Of a stretch of 64,000 nt of DNA, positions 38,478-49,700 are shown one piece after another. The notes beneath the pieces were generated by a model. It made no database searches, was not told the DNA's origin, and was given only the letters and a program-made list of their open reading frames with translations. Positions within the stretch are counted from its first letter, which is position 1; every line of letters starts with the position of its first letter. The translations under genes were made by a program, and so were the position numbers. Where the stretch lies: assembly GCA_027310185.1 (NCBI GenBank), contig DAIDBH010000019.1:1-64000 (forward strand), given 5' to 3'. The stretch comes from Thermoplasmatales archaeon (GTDB lineage Archaea > Thermoplasmatota > Thermoplasmata > Thermoplasmatales > Thermoplasmataceae).

Positions 38478-38998
38478 ATAAAATGTCAAGGGCATTTATA
38501 GTTGGAAGATTTCAGCCATTTCATCTTGGCCATCTGGAAGTTATACAGGAAATTCTCAAGGAGCACGAGTCTGTGATTATTGGAATAGGGAGCGCCCAGT
38601 ATTCTCATACCCTCCAGAATCCATTCACTGCTGGAGAAAGGCATCTGATGATCTCGAATACGCTGGAAAGCAGGAAGATATTCAATTTCTACATAATTCC
38701 GATTGAGGACGTAAACTCCAACCCACTCTGGGTAGCTCATGTGGAATCTCTTACTCCACGTTTCTCAAGCGTTTACACAAATAACCCACTGGTCAAAAGA
38801 CTCTTCTACGAGAAAAAATATAATGTGAAATCAATGGAACTCATAAACAGGGTGGAGTGGTCAGGTACCAGAATAAGAGACAGGATGATAAGGGGGGAAA
38901 ACTGGGAAAGAGATGTACCAGAAACTGTCTCAGAAATAATTAGGGAAATTGATGGTGTTGGAAGATTGAGGGCACTCTCAGAATCAGATGATCTATAA
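38474..38998 (+). CDS. nadM: Nicotinamide-nucleotide adenylyltransferase
   Basis: GRFQPFHLGH, IGSAQ, NPFTAGER, SGTRIR. Confidence 0.93.
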   Translation: MNKMSRAFIVGRFQPFHLGHLEVIQEILKEHESVIIGIGSAQYSHTLQNPFTAGERHLMISNTLESRKIFNFYIIPIEDVNSNPLWVAHVESLTPRFSSVYTNNPLVKRLFYEKKYNVKSMELINRVEWSGTRIRDRMIRGENWERDVPETVSEIIREIDGVGRLRALSESDDL

Positions 38999-39012
38999 TC
39001 TTAAAGAAAAGA

Positions 39013-40212
39013 TCAATCAGAATAAACCATTTTTTCAATGGTTTCCCTATCCTGCAGTATCTGGTCAATTATGACATATTCATCCACCTGATGTGCAACA
39101 TCAGGAACTGTAGTGCTCCATACAACTGCTTCATATCCCAGTCTTCTGAAGAAAGCAGCGCATGTACCGCCTCCAATTCCAACAACCTTTGGTTCCCCTC
39201 CTCTGCTGGATAACGCCTTCACGAGTCTTGTGACAACCTCTGAATCCTTTGAGGTGGGCACAGGTGCCTGTTCTCTCTGTACAAACTCCATTTTAATTTT
39301 AGACTTATGTGTTCTTTCAAACTCGGAAATCTCCCTTGAAATGTCATCTACCACGCTATCCACATCGTAACTGGGCAATATCCTGCAATCCATGTAGAAT
39401 ACTTCCTTACCTGGAATGGTGTTTATGTTGTCCACGTTTTTCTCATGCTTCGTTGGCTCAAATGTGGAATAGGGGAAGTTGAAAGTATCATCTTTGCTGG
39501 TATACTTTGAGTGAAGCATCTTATCAATTGACAGCATGAATTCCATTCCATCTCTTGCAGCGCTGATTGCATTGCTTGGCATACTTGCATGGTATTGTCT
39601 ACCATTAACTGTAAATTTAATCCACACAATACTTTTCTCTGCTATCTCGAGTTCCATCCCGTCCATGGAACCTGCATCAGGCACAATTATCAGGTCGTCT
39701 TTCTTGAAAATGTTCTTGTCAAGGAGGTACTGGATGCCATACACACTCCCAACCTCCTCATCTGCAACAAATGCAAGACCTAGATTCATTTTTAATTTGG
39801 ATCTGTCGAGTCTTTTCAGGAGTAGGAGCGAAAGAAACACCGCCTGACCATCATCAGAGGTGCCACGGCCATAGATTCTGTTACCCTCCACAGTTGCCTG
39901 AAATGGTGCTCTTGTCCACAGGTTTGGATCACCATCAGGTACTGTATCTATATGGGATACAAGCCAGAGGGTACGATCAAAATTTCCCACTTTCTCTATT
40001 ATGCTGGATCTCTTGAATCCTGCCTTGTCCTCAACATCATATCTTACTGAATCCTCGTATCCCAGTTCCTTCAGGATGCTGACAAGAAGATCCGCCCTCT
40101 CAGATTCCCCCTGGCCACCAGAAGCCGGGCTAATAGATTTCACTGGAATAATCCTCTTTGCAAGTTCAATTATAAACTCCTTTTCATCCGTTATATCTTT
40201 TAAGCTCATCAT
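39013..40212 (-). CDS. M20-family metallopeptidase (DapE/ArgE-like)
   Basis: SHIDTVP, GRGTSDDG, ADEEVGS, HAS, GGGTCA, AHQVDE. Confidence 0.92.
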   Translation of the reverse strand: MMSLKDITDEKEFIIELAKRIIPVKSISPASGGQGESERADLLVSILKELGYEDSVRYDVEDKAGFKRSSIIEKVGNFDRTLWLVSHIDTVPDGDPNLWTRAPFQATVEGNRIYGRGTSDDGQAVFLSLLLLKRLDRSKLKMNLGLAFVADEEVGSVYGIQYLLDKNIFKKDDLIIVPDAGSMDGMELEIAEKSIVWIKFTVNGRQYHASMPSNAISAARDGMEFMLSIDKMLHSKYTSKDDTFNFPYSTFEPTKHEKNVDNINTIPGKEVFYMDCRILPSYDVDSVVDDISREISEFERTHKSKIKMEFVQREQAPVPTSKDSEVVTRLVKALSSRGGEPKVVGIGGGTCAAFFRRLGYEAVVWSTTVPDVAHQVDEYVIIDQILQDRETIEKMVYSD

Positions 40213-40455
40213 CTCTGATTGTTGTTCTATTAATAAACAATTACCTCATTTAATTCCTCATTGTGTCCCATGATTAACCGGTAAAGTAATCCATGTAGCA
40301 TGATCCTGTTATTTCCGGTGTAACCGGGGAAATATTGAAGTGACATTGTTTGATAACAGTTGTTTCTAAAGTCATGAGGATATACTTTATTTATAACGAC
40401 TAAGGATATAAGTCACTTGCAATAGTTAAATAATGACGAATTTATTTACAAGGGA

Positions 40456-41841
40456 ATGGAGCATAAAAAGGAAGATTTTAGTGAATGGTATAATGAAATA
40501 ATAGACATTTCCCAGCTTACAGATAAGAGGTACCCAGTTAAGGGGATGAATGTCTGGATGCCCTATGGATACAGCCTGATGAAAAACACGGATGAAATGA
40601 TCAGGAACAAGTTCTACGAAGATGAATATGAGGAGGTGATGTTTCCTTCATTGATCTCAAGGCCAATGTTTGAAATTGAATTTGAGCACATTAAAGGCTT
40701 TGAAAAAGAGCTGTTCTGGATAACAAAGGGTGGAAGAGAATCCCTTGAAGAAGACCTTGCTATGAGGCCAACCAGTGAAGCTGCAATTTACCCAATGTTG
40801 AAATTATGGATAAGAGATCATGGCGATCTACCAAAGAGAATCTTTCAGATTGTCCAGGTGTACCGTTATGAAACAAAACATACACGACCATTCATAAGAT
40901 CAAGGGATATCCACTTTATAGAATGCCACACTGCCCACGAGACTTATGACGATTCAGAGGAACAGATGGACCTGTACAGGAGGGAATGGGATTATTTTAC
41001 GAAAAAGCTCTGTCTACCCTATATGGAAGTAAGAAGACCGGAGTGGGATAAGTTCCCCGGTGCTGTTTACACCATAGCATTTGATACGCTTATGCCATCT
41101 GGCAGGACTCTTCAGATCGGGACAATTCACGAATATGGCAGTAATTTTTCAAAGAATTATGACGTGAAATTTGCAAAGGAAGATGGAAGCAGTCAATATG
41201 TTAACCAAACCACATTCGGTATGAGTGAAAGATTAATAGCAGCCATAGTTGGAATCCATGGAGATGACAAGGGCCTGATTCTCCCTCCGTTTGTTGCCCC
41301 AACGCAGGTAGTCATAGTTCCAATCTCATCTGCGGATTCCAGGCTTGAATCCTTTGTACACGAAATAGAGTCAAAAGTTAAGGCCAGTGGGTTCAGGGTG
41401 ATTGTTGATGATAATGATAACTATACACCTGGTTACAAATTTAACCAGTGGGAAATGAAGGGGGTGCCTCTGAGGATAGAAATAGGCAAAAGAGAGGCTG
41501 AATCAAATACAATTACTGTGTCCCTGAGAACAAGGAAGGGAAGGGTAAAGTTGAACAAAGATGATACGGCAGAGCTTCAAAATTTGCTGGATGAGGTAGA
41601 AAATGATCTGCTTAATAATGCCAGGAAGATACTTATGAATGGGATTGATGGAATTCCAAATAGTGGACAGGAGTCTAACATAAAGACATTTATCATCTGT
41701 GATAGTGAGAAATGCGCAAGATCGATAGAGGCAAGAACCGAGCTTGACATGATGGGACACATCCTGAATTACGGGTCTAAAGGTAGATGTGAGGTTTGTG
41801 GAAATGAAGGGAGAACTGCCCTCTTCTCTAGACCATACTGA
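40456..41841 (+). CDS. proS: Proline--tRNA ligase (archaeal type)
   Basis: FSEWYNE, RPTSE, YRYETKHTRPFIR, QIGTIH, FGMSER, WEMKGVPLRIEIG. Confidence 0.96.
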   Translation: MEHKKEDFSEWYNEIIDISQLTDKRYPVKGMNVWMPYGYSLMKNTDEMIRNKFYEDEYEEVMFPSLISRPMFEIEFEHIKGFEKELFWITKGGRESLEEDLAMRPTSEAAIYPMLKLWIRDHGDLPKRIFQIVQVYRYETKHTRPFIRSRDIHFIECHTAHETYDDSEEQMDLYRREWDYFTKKLCLPYMEVRRPEWDKFPGAVYTIAFDTLMPSGRTLQIGTIHEYGSNFSKNYDVKFAKEDGSSQYVNQTTFGMSERLIAAIVGIHGDDKGLILPPFVAPTQVVIVPISSADSRLESFVHEIESKVKASGFRVIVDDNDNYTPGYKFNQWEMKGVPLRIEIGKREAESNTITVSLRTRKGRVKLNKDDTAELQNLLDEVENDLLNNARKILMNGIDGIPNSGQESNIKTFIICDSEKCARSIEARTELDMMGHILNYGSKGRCEVCGNEGRTALFSRPY

Positions 41842-42499
41842 GCACAAGCCAATTGTGTTCTTTGACATGGATGGGGTGCTCACCACAGAGAAGAGCAGCT
41901 GGAACTATGTTCATTCAAGACTGGGAGTTGATAACAACCTCAATTATTCACTTTTCAGGGCAGGAAAGATAGATTATCATGAATTTATGAGGCGTGATGT
42001 TAACCTGTGGATCCAGGAAATGGGTGAGGTACAGGTAAGCCAGATAAGGGAAATCCTTAATGAAATTGAACTGTTTCCAGGAGCAGTGGAAGCAACCGGA
42101 ACACTTGCTGCTGAGGGATTTCATCTTGTAATAGTATCAGGTGGATTGATGTGGCTGGCGGAAAGGGTCGGAAGACTTACGGGAATAAGTGATATTTATG
42201 CAAATATAATTCTATCACTGGGTGGAAAGGTACTGCCTGATGGGAAAGCTGTGGTGGACCCAAAAAGGAAGGATATAGTAGTAAACAGTGTTATAAGCAC
42301 TTATAAGCCTGAATATTCCATTTCAGTTGGGGATTCTCCAGATGATGAAAAGATGTTTATGGTCACCGACTATTCCATAAGCATGAACAATGAGCCGGGG
42401 TTCATAAATACCATGGGTTTTGACCTCAAAACTGATAACCTGAAGTCATGTGCTGATCTCATTCTGGGGATCAGGGATCAGAGAAATGAAATCACCTGA
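41804..42499 (+). CDS. HAD-superfamily phosphatase (phosphoserine phosphatase-like)
   Basis: FDMDGVL, VSGG, VGDSPDD; ATG at 41804 used. Confidence 0.88.
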   Translation: MKGELPSSLDHTEHKPIVFFDMDGVLTTEKSSWNYVHSRLGVDNNLNYSLFRAGKIDYHEFMRRDVNLWIQEMGEVQVSQIREILNEIELFPGAVEATGTLAAEGFHLVIVSGGLMWLAERVGRLTGISDIYANIILSLGGKVLPDGKAVVDPKRKDIVVNSVISTYKPEYSISVGDSPDDEKMFMVTDYSISMNNEPGFINTMGFDLKTDNLKSCADLILGIRDQRNEIT

Positions 42500-42500
42500 A

Positions 42501-43178
42501 ATGAGAAGGGAGGAGAAACTTCCCTTTGGAATAGGATGCATAGATCAGTTTCTTGAAGGTGGGATCGATCCAGGGGTAATTACGCAGATATATGGGGAAG
42601 GCGGTTCGGGAAAGACAAACATGGCTCTTCAGCTTACGGTATCTACATTATCCAGGGGAGACAAGGTCGTATATATTGATACAGAGGGATTCTCAAGCAA
42701 CCGTTTTCTGCAGATCTGCGGAGGAAATCAGGAATATTCAAACAACCTGATTCTTTTCACCCCGGAGAACATAGGTGAGCAGGAGGTATGTCTCATAAAG
42801 GCTGAGAGAATGATGCAGAATTCAGATGATATAAAACTTCTGGTTATTGATTCAATGACTGCACTGCTGAGAATTGAAAGAGATGAAAACCTGAAAAACC
42901 AGGGACTATCAAGGGATATATCCATTCTAAACACCATATGTAACAAACACAAGATTCCTGTTTTCATCACAAACCAGATATATTTTGACGTGGAGGAAAA
43001 CCAGATCACTCCATATGGGGGGTATCTCCTGAATCATTTCTCAAAGACAATACTTTCGATCAGGCGGTCAAGGGGAACCGGTAGGGAAGTGAAAATAGTG
43101 AAGCACAGGTCAATACTGGACGGAAAAGCCATTGAAATATTCATCAACAGTACAGGCCTGTCATGTACAGAGGCATGA
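42501..43178 (+). CDS. radB: DNA repair and recombination protein RadB
   Basis: GEGGSGKT, YIDTEG, VIDS, ITNQ, KHRS basic patch; lacks the RadA N-terminal domain; ATG at 42501 used. Confidence 0.92.
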   Translation: MRREEKLPFGIGCIDQFLEGGIDPGVITQIYGEGGSGKTNMALQLTVSTLSRGDKVVYIDTEGFSSNRFLQICGGNQEYSNNLILFTPENIGEQEVCLIKAERMMQNSDDIKLLVIDSMTALLRIERDENLKNQGLSRDISILNTICNKHKIPVFITNQIYFDVEENQITPYGGYLLNHFSKTILSIRRSRGTGREVKIVKHRSILDGKAIEIFINSTGLSCTEA

Positions 43179-43235
43179 ATTCTCAACTCAAGGCCTTTCA
43201 AAAAGATTTACATACTGGCACACATATGGAAGTAC

Positions 43236-44255
43236 ATGGGAGTTAATCTTGAGCCCATCCTGATAAAACACAAAACTCATATAAAGGATTTCTCAAATAA
43301 TACAGTTTCAGTGGATGCTTACAATCAGATCTACCAGTTCCTCAGTGCAATAAGGCAGCCAGACGGGACACCATTGATGGATTCTTCTGGAAAGGTAACA
43401 TCCCATCTAAGCGGTCTGTTTTACCGGACAATATCACTCATGGAAGAGGGTCTTAAACCTGTATACGTTTTCGATGGCAAGCCGTCCCCAATGAAACTGA
43501 GAACACTCGAGGAGAGGAAGGCAATAAAGGAGAACTCAGAAAGGGAACTGGAAAAGGCAATCATGACTTCAGACAGGGAAAAAATTGCAAGGTTGAAGAG
43601 AAGTATAAATCACATCACAAAGGACATGATTGATGAAAGCAAGCAACTACTCACATATATGGGATTGCCATATGTACAGGCTCCTTCTGAAGGGGAGTGC
43701 CAGGCATCATACATGAGTTCTACAGGAAAGGTAAATGCAGTCATCTCACAGGATTATGACTGCCTGTTGTTCGGTGCAAGGGAGGTTTTGAGGAATTTCA
43801 CCATATATGGAAAGAGAAGGGTTTCGAGCAGGAACATCTACGTTACTGTGGACCCGGAATACATAGATCTGAAGGAGAATCTCACCGGTATGAATATAAC
43901 AAGGAGTCAGCTGGTAGATATAGCCATAATGGTTGGAACGGATTTCAACAGTGGAGTTGAGAGAGTCGGCCCAAAGACAGCATTGAACCTGATCCAGAAG
44001 CACGGAAACCTGGAGATGGTCATCAAGGAGAAGGGTTACAGGATACCTCAATACGAAGAGGTGAGAAAACTATTCCTTGAGCCGGAGGTAACGGATGATT
44101 TCAGCGTCTCATTCGGAAAGCCTGAAGAAGAAAAAATATACTCGTTTCTCTGCGATCTTCACAACTTCGGTGAAAACAGGGTAAAACCATTCATAGAAAA
44201 ACTGAAAACAAGCCTTCAGAAGGGAAACCAGTCCAGTCTTGATTCATTTTTCTAG
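43236..44255 (+). CDS. fen: Flap endonuclease 1
   Basis: MGV start, DAYNQIYQFL, YVFDG, APSEGECQA, SQDYD, GTDFN, C-terminal PIP box QSSLDSFF. Confidence 0.96.
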   Translation: MGVNLEPILIKHKTHIKDFSNNTVSVDAYNQIYQFLSAIRQPDGTPLMDSSGKVTSHLSGLFYRTISLMEEGLKPVYVFDGKPSPMKLRTLEERKAIKENSERELEKAIMTSDREKIARLKRSINHITKDMIDESKQLLTYMGLPYVQAPSEGECQASYMSSTGKVNAVISQDYDCLLFGAREVLRNFTIYGKRRVSSRNIYVTVDPEYIDLKENLTGMNITRSQLVDIAIMVGTDFNSGVERVGPKTALNLIQKHGNLEMVIKEKGYRIPQYEEVRKLFLEPEVTDDFSVSFGKPEEEKIYSFLCDLHNFGENRVKPFIEKLKTSLQKGNQSSLDSFF

Positions 44256-45230
44256 ATAATCCCTCAGTACAGAGAAGGGCTTCATCATTACTGACAGGTT
44301 ATCAGATACGGACTCCTTGAGGTCCATTGGATGAATCGAACCAGCATTATACATAACCTCTAGAGAACTGTAATTATTGAATATTATGTCTCCGCCTTTC
44401 TTCTCTGGCCTGTGTATAGTTACTTCCTTCATTGAAGGAAATATAATTATCTTCATTATATCCATAATTGGGTTCCCTTCCGATGTCCCCATTGGACAGA
44501 AAGAATTTCTTATCTTCCTTCTTATGTCCTCTTCAGAGTCTGTCATTAGGATAGCGCTGTCAGGATCACTTTTTGACATCTTCTTGAAAGTATCCATTCT
44601 TCCAGTTCCCTTCAGGCTTCCGAGAAGTGGTGAGTGCATGGATACAACCTTTTTTCTGTTCATCTTTTCCGCAATATCCCTTGCAAGCATGTGAGCATGT
44701 CTCTGATCCATCCCACCCAGCGCAACGTCAAGATCCAGTTCAAATATATCGTTTACCTGCATCACTGGATAAAGGTATTTGCTGAAATCGGACTCGGCAT
44801 CAGACTCATCTCTTCCCATTATGGGGAGAGCACGTTTCAACCTAGAAAGAGTTGTCTGTTTTGCAGTCCGGATGATCCCTTCCATGTAACTGCTCTTATC
44901 TATCAGGTCGGATGCCCAAATAAATTCAGGTTTCAAATCACCCATTTCTATCTCGTAGGCTTTTTTCAGAAGTTCTCCGCTCTGTCTTATACGTTCCAGG
45001 TCTCCGCCCAGTTTATCGTTCACCATGGCATGCCAGTCAGCAAGCAGTATCTGCATCCTGATACCGGCTTTCATCATCGCCTTGATCCTGGTACCTATAA
45101 CCAGAATATGTCCTATATGGGGTATGCCTGAGGGTTCCACGCCATGATATCCCTTGCAGTTTTTTTCAAGGGCCTCAAACTCACTTTCTGTTACAATTTC
45201 TTCAAAAAGGGAAGTATCAAGATTCAACAA
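44244..45230 (-). CDS. tyrS: Tyrosine--tRNA ligase (archaeal type)
   Basis: GVEPSG, HIGH, LADWHA, YPVMQVND, GGMDQ, KMSKS, HPMDLK. Confidence 0.95.
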   Translation of the reverse strand: MLNLDTSLFEEIVTESEFEALEKNCKGYHGVEPSGIPHIGHILVIGTRIKAMMKAGIRMQILLADWHAMVNDKLGGDLERIRQSGELLKKAYEIEMGDLKPEFIWASDLIDKSSYMEGIIRTAKQTTLSRLKRALPIMGRDESDAESDFSKYLYPVMQVNDIFELDLDVALGGMDQRHAHMLARDIAEKMNRKKVVSMHSPLLGSLKGTGRMDTFKKMSKSDPDSAILMTDSEEDIRRKIRNSFCPMGTSEGNPIMDIMKIIIFPSMKEVTIHRPEKKGGDIIFNNYSSLEVMYNAGSIHPMDLKESVSDNLSVMMKPFSVLRDYLEK

Positions 45231-45249
45231 TATACAGGCATCAAATTAT

Positions 45250-45768
45250 CTATCTTAATCTTTCCCTACATATACTCCTGTACTTGCAGTTCACGCATCT
45301 TCCGGGGTTATCATGATTCCTGTTAGGGACACCTCTCACCCTCCTGATAAGTTGAGCTCTTGCAAGTACCCTGTCCTTCAATTCTGGACTGTTATTGATA
45401 TAGAACGATCTGTTCCGGTATTTTATAACACCGTACTGGATCATATTTTCAGGGTAAAGCTCCTGAAGGATGATGAAATAAACTCCCATTTGAATTATGT
45501 GCGGTTCCCAGGGTTGGTCGCCTATATTGCTGCTTTTGTACTCATAGGGAATTATTTGCCCACTGTTTTCTATCACTCTATCCGGCTTACCCGACAGGCC
45601 ATATCTTTTTGAAACCAGGATTTTCCCCTCTGCTTTCATGTCTCCATATATGAACCTTCCCCTGGGCATCTCATAATAGTCCACTCTCCTTCTAGCCTTA
45701 AGGAAATAGAAGACGAGAATTAACAGAACCACAATAAATGGGACGATGAAATAAACAGGAAGCAACAT
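45250..45768 (-). CDS. Cas4-like PD-(D/E)XK nuclease, C-terminal part, with N-terminal membrane anchor
   Basis: TM then KARRR; GKPD, PYEYKS, HIIQMGVY (QxxxY-type), C-terminal CVNCKYRSIC (three Fe-S Cys). Confidence 0.85.
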   Translation of the reverse strand: MLLPVYFIVPFIVVLLILVFYFLKARRRVDYYEMPRGRFIYGDMKAEGKILVSKRYGLSGKPDRVIENSGQIIPYEYKSSNIGDQPWEPHIIQMGVYFIILQELYPENMIQYGVIKYRNRSFYINNSPELKDRVLARAQLIRRVRGVPNRNHDNPGRCVNCKYRSICRERLR

Positions 45769-45769
45769 T

Positions 45770-46039
45770 TCAGACGAACACTACAAACATGAACACAATA
45801 ACAAGCAATATGGCAATTATGAGGGTAACACTTAGTTTCGAGTTTCTCTCGTGATCTATATCGGCATCCTCGTGAGCTATGGTGCCCCTATTCATCCTTT
45901 CAACTTTGTCAGCCGGGATTCTGTATCCTTCACGGGTATAATACCATGAGAGGGCACAGTAGTCAAACTCAGCAAGTTCCGATGCACTGATAATTCTTTC
46001 TCCCTCATCAGGGTTGTTTCTCGATCCAGATTCTGTCAT
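45770..46039 (-). CDS. Cas4-like N-terminal module with C-terminal membrane anchor
   Basis: ISASELAEFDYCALSWYY (first Fe-S Cys motif) and RGTIAH, then a hydrophobic tail helix. Confidence 0.75.
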   Translation of the reverse strand: MTESGSRNNPDEGERIISASELAEFDYCALSWYYTREGYRIPADKVERMNRGTIAHEDADIDHERNSKLSVTLIIAILLVIVFMFVVFV

Positions 46040-46781
46040 ATGAGCGCTCCTGTTTTAGTGCGATAGTACCATTCTTCCTGATAAACATACTGTATATAAA
46101 GAACTTTACCCTATCCTCCTTTGTTTCTCCCCACACTTCTTCCATGAAGAAAGAATCTTCCCTCATATTCATGATCTTCTGCATGATTGATTCAAGGTCT
46201 CTCTCAGGCTCACCAGAATTCAGTACTTCATAGATTTCTTCAACCTCTGCAACCTGTTCCATATGGGGCATCCTGACGATTTTTTCCCTGCTCCTTTCTG
46301 TTTTCCTCATAACCTCAATGAGTTCCACTAGCATGACCTTCCTCGTTTCGTGATGCTTGACTGGCATATTCAGGCTTATAAATTCCTTTTCCTCTATTTC
46401 CAAATCATTTACTTCTTCCTGTGATAAATCCTGATAATTCTCTACAGTCTCTTCAGCTTCTTTCTTGCCAAAGTTATCAATCAGGTCGTTAGCCTGCACA
46501 TACACTATTCCCCATGACCTGTATATTATATATCCTGCTTCTGCAATGGACATCAGACCTGCATTTGTTAATTCCCTTACTATAAGAACAAAATTAACAA
46601 CATCTACACGCCACGGATCTATTTCTCTTGCAATGCACCGTTCCATTATCTCTATAATGTTCTTCGTCTCTTCCTTTGTATCCTTGAAGTCGAGCTCTTC
46701 ATAGAACCTCGTATCAATGCCAATAGTTGATGCCTGAACAATTATTGTCCTTTTAAGATCAATTAGCTGTGTATCTTCCAT
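46008..46781 (-). CDS. scpA: Segregation and condensation protein A (kleisin)
   Basis: IDPWRVDV N-terminal kleisin motif; immediately downstream of smc with GGAGGTGA SD. Confidence 0.85.
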   Translation of the reverse strand: MEDTQLIDLKRTIIVQASTIGIDTRFYEELDFKDTKEETKNIIEIMERCIAREIDPWRVDVVNFVLIVRELTNAGLMSIAEAGYIIYRSWGIVYVQANDLIDNFGKKEAEETVENYQDLSQEEVNDLEIEEKEFISLNMPVKHHETRKVMLVELIEVMRKTERSREKIVRMPHMEQVAEVEEIYEVLNSGEPERDLESIMQKIMNMREDSFFMEEVWGETKEDRVKFFIYSMFIRKNGTIALKQERSYDRIWIEKQP

Positions 46782-49700
46782 CTATTCACCTCCAAAGCTT
46801 TTGGAAAAAATTTCCGTGCAACCTGCTGCTTTGTTCATGGTAACCCCGAATAGGGAGTTTGCGTACTTGCTCATGGCATTCTTCAATGATATCATAATGA
46901 TTTGAGAGGTATTTGAATTTTCCCTTAACAACTCACCCATTGCCTCAGCATTGGTACCATCCAGGAACATGTCAATTTCGTCAAGGAAATAAATGGGTGA
47001 GGGCTTGATTCTCTGGACCGCAACAATGAACGAAAGTGCTACCAGACTCTTCTCACCACCACTTAGCGACTGTAATTTTGTATATGTAGTGCCCTTAGGC
47101 TTTGCCTTTATCAACAATTCTGAATCCAGTGGTTTTGATTCATCGGAGAGATACATATCCACGTCACCTCCCCTCGTCAATCTCTTGAATATTTCCCTCA
47201 TCTCGACTTTTACCTTTCCATAAAGATCAAGAAGAACTCTTGTCTTTACCTCTTCCAGTTCTGCCATTAACTTAATAAGGGAGTCAACTTCCCTCTTCAG
47301 AATGTCAATTTTTTCAACCAGATTATCCCTTCTTTCCGTATCTCTCCTGAGATCTTCCTCTGCCAGCTGGTTTACTGCACCAATTTCCTGTAATTTTGCA
47401 ACCTTAACGGCAATTTCGCTGTTCGCCCTCTGTGCGCTTGAGTAGTCAGTAATAACATGACCACCGTTCTGCCTGAGTTCTTCCCTAAGTGCTGATAACC
47501 TTTCATTGAAGTTCTGTATCTTTATCTTTGAGGTGAGAACAGCATTTTCATGATTCTTCATTTCAGACTCCAACCTTGAACTTTTCTGACTGATATCTGA
47601 AATTTGCCTCTCTATTTCCTTCAGCCCCTGAATGATTTTTCTGTTATTTTCATTGAGCTTTTCCTCTTCCCCCTCGAGTCTTCCTATTTCATTTCCAAAT
47701 CTTGCAATTTCCTCTTCTATCCGATCTTTTTCTATAGTTTCTGCATTTATGTTCTTTATCAGATTGTCATCTTCCATCATCAACTCTGACTTTCTTTCTG
47801 ATATTTTCTTCATTGTTGTCTGATTGCTGGATTTAGTTGCCATGGTAGAATTTTGTTCATTACTTATCTTTTCAAGCTCCTTTTGAAGTTCTGAGAGATC
47901 ATTCCCCTCCTCCTTATTGTCACCTATGATCATATAAAGTTCATTCTTTCGCTTCTCAAGAGATGCTTTCTTGCTCTCCTCTCCTGCTATTTCATTCTGA
48001 AGTTTTTCAAGTGAAGCAGAACTGTTTTTCAGCTCAATTTTGAGGGTCTGAATCTCAAGTTCAAGTGATTCCCTGATTTTCTGGCTCTCCTTTAACTGGG
48101 ATTCCAGTGAATCAGACTTTCCCTTCCCTTCACCACCACTCTTTGATATATCCATCAGTTGTTTTGATACATCGTCATACTCCTGTCTCAAATTTCTCGT
48201 TTCACGATCAAGACTGTTGAATCTTTCTCTAAGTTCCTCAAGAAGTTTTTCCCTGTTTTCCAGTTCAGAAAAGTTGAATGTTTTCCTGGTCCTGTTCATG
48301 AATCCTCCTGATATTGCACCACTAGCCTCAAATATGTCCCCATCAAGAGTCACAATTCTAACGCCTGTCATATACTTCTTTGCACTTTCAGGAGTATCGA
48401 CAACAACAGTATCCTGGAACGTGTACCATATGGCGTTAGCATAAACATCCTGGCACTGAATCTGCTGGCTCAGTAGGGAAGTTGAACGGTCCTGCTGAAT
48501 AATAGTAAGGGCCTTACCTCTTGGTCTTCCAGGCAAGATCTTATTCAGTGGGATAAAGGTTACACGTCCGAGCTTCTTCTCTCTCAGTAATTCAATGCAT
48601 TCCTGGGCCACATCTTCATTATCAACTACTATGGAATTCAGTCTTCCACCTGCTGCTGCCTCCACAGCAAGCGCATACCTGTCGTCATAACTTATGAGTT
48701 CTCCTATGGATCTGTGTATTCCAGATATGGCTCCTCTTGCCTTTGCTTCCATTATTGCAGAAATGGATTTGTTGGCGAAGCCCTGGGAGCCCATTTCAGA
48801 TCTCATTCTTTCCACTTCCTTTCCGAGGGAATCCATTTTTGATCTAGTCTCTGTTCTTTCTCTTTCTCGATCCTTGATCTGGGATTGCAGTTCATAATAT
48901 TTCTTACTCAGGGACTCGTTTCTGGACCTGTTTCCTCCCTCGTCCTTCTTGATCTGGTTTAACTGCCATTGAGTTTCAGATAATCTGTATTTCTCGTTTG
49001 TAAGGCTCTCTTCTTTAATACCAAGCTTTGTTTCTATTCCCTTGAATCTCTTTGATTCCTCAGACTCCTCTCTTCTTATTTTTTCAGTAATATTTGAATT
49101 CTCTTTAAGTTCCTTCTCTATAATAGTCAGCTCATCAGTTGCCTTCCTGTACTCTTCTGTCTTATTTCTCTGAAGTTCTATCTTCTGATTTATCTGGGCC
49201 CTCAGAGAAGTTTCCCTATATTTCAATTCTTCTTCCCTGCTCATGAGCTCATTAAAGGACTTTGCAAGATTATCTATCTCCTCATCTATCTCTTCGATCT
49301 TGCCTGTATTTGTTTCTATAAGACCACGTTCTTTATCTATATTCATGCTGATGTTTGAAGCATTTATTTCTGCTCTGGCTCTTTCCAGTTTTTTGGATTC
49401 TATACCTTTTCTTATACCTTCAAGCTCCTTCTGAATCCTTTCTCCAATTCCTTTCTCTATTTCCATTCTCTTCTGCGTGAGTGTCTCATGTTCTCTGGTT
49501 AGATCATCCAGTAGGGCCTTAATTTCAGCCATTTTCTTTTCACTCTCTTCCATTGATTGCTGATGGCCACTGAGATCTATCTCAACTCCACGGATCTGGA
49601 TGGAGAGGGCAGTGGCTTTTAAATCAACAATTTCACTGTTAAGACTCCTATATTCTCTCAGCTTTTCAGCCTCTTTCTCTATTATTGCAATATTTTCTTC

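Noticed and set aside
40213-40455. Possible structured RNA or tRNA upstream of proS
   Set aside because: No cloverleaf, T-loop consensus or extended stem could be built by eye
45250-46039. CRISPR-Cas locus suggested by the Cas4-like genes
   Set aside because: No cas1/cas2/effector genes and no repeat-spacer array seen anywhere in the window
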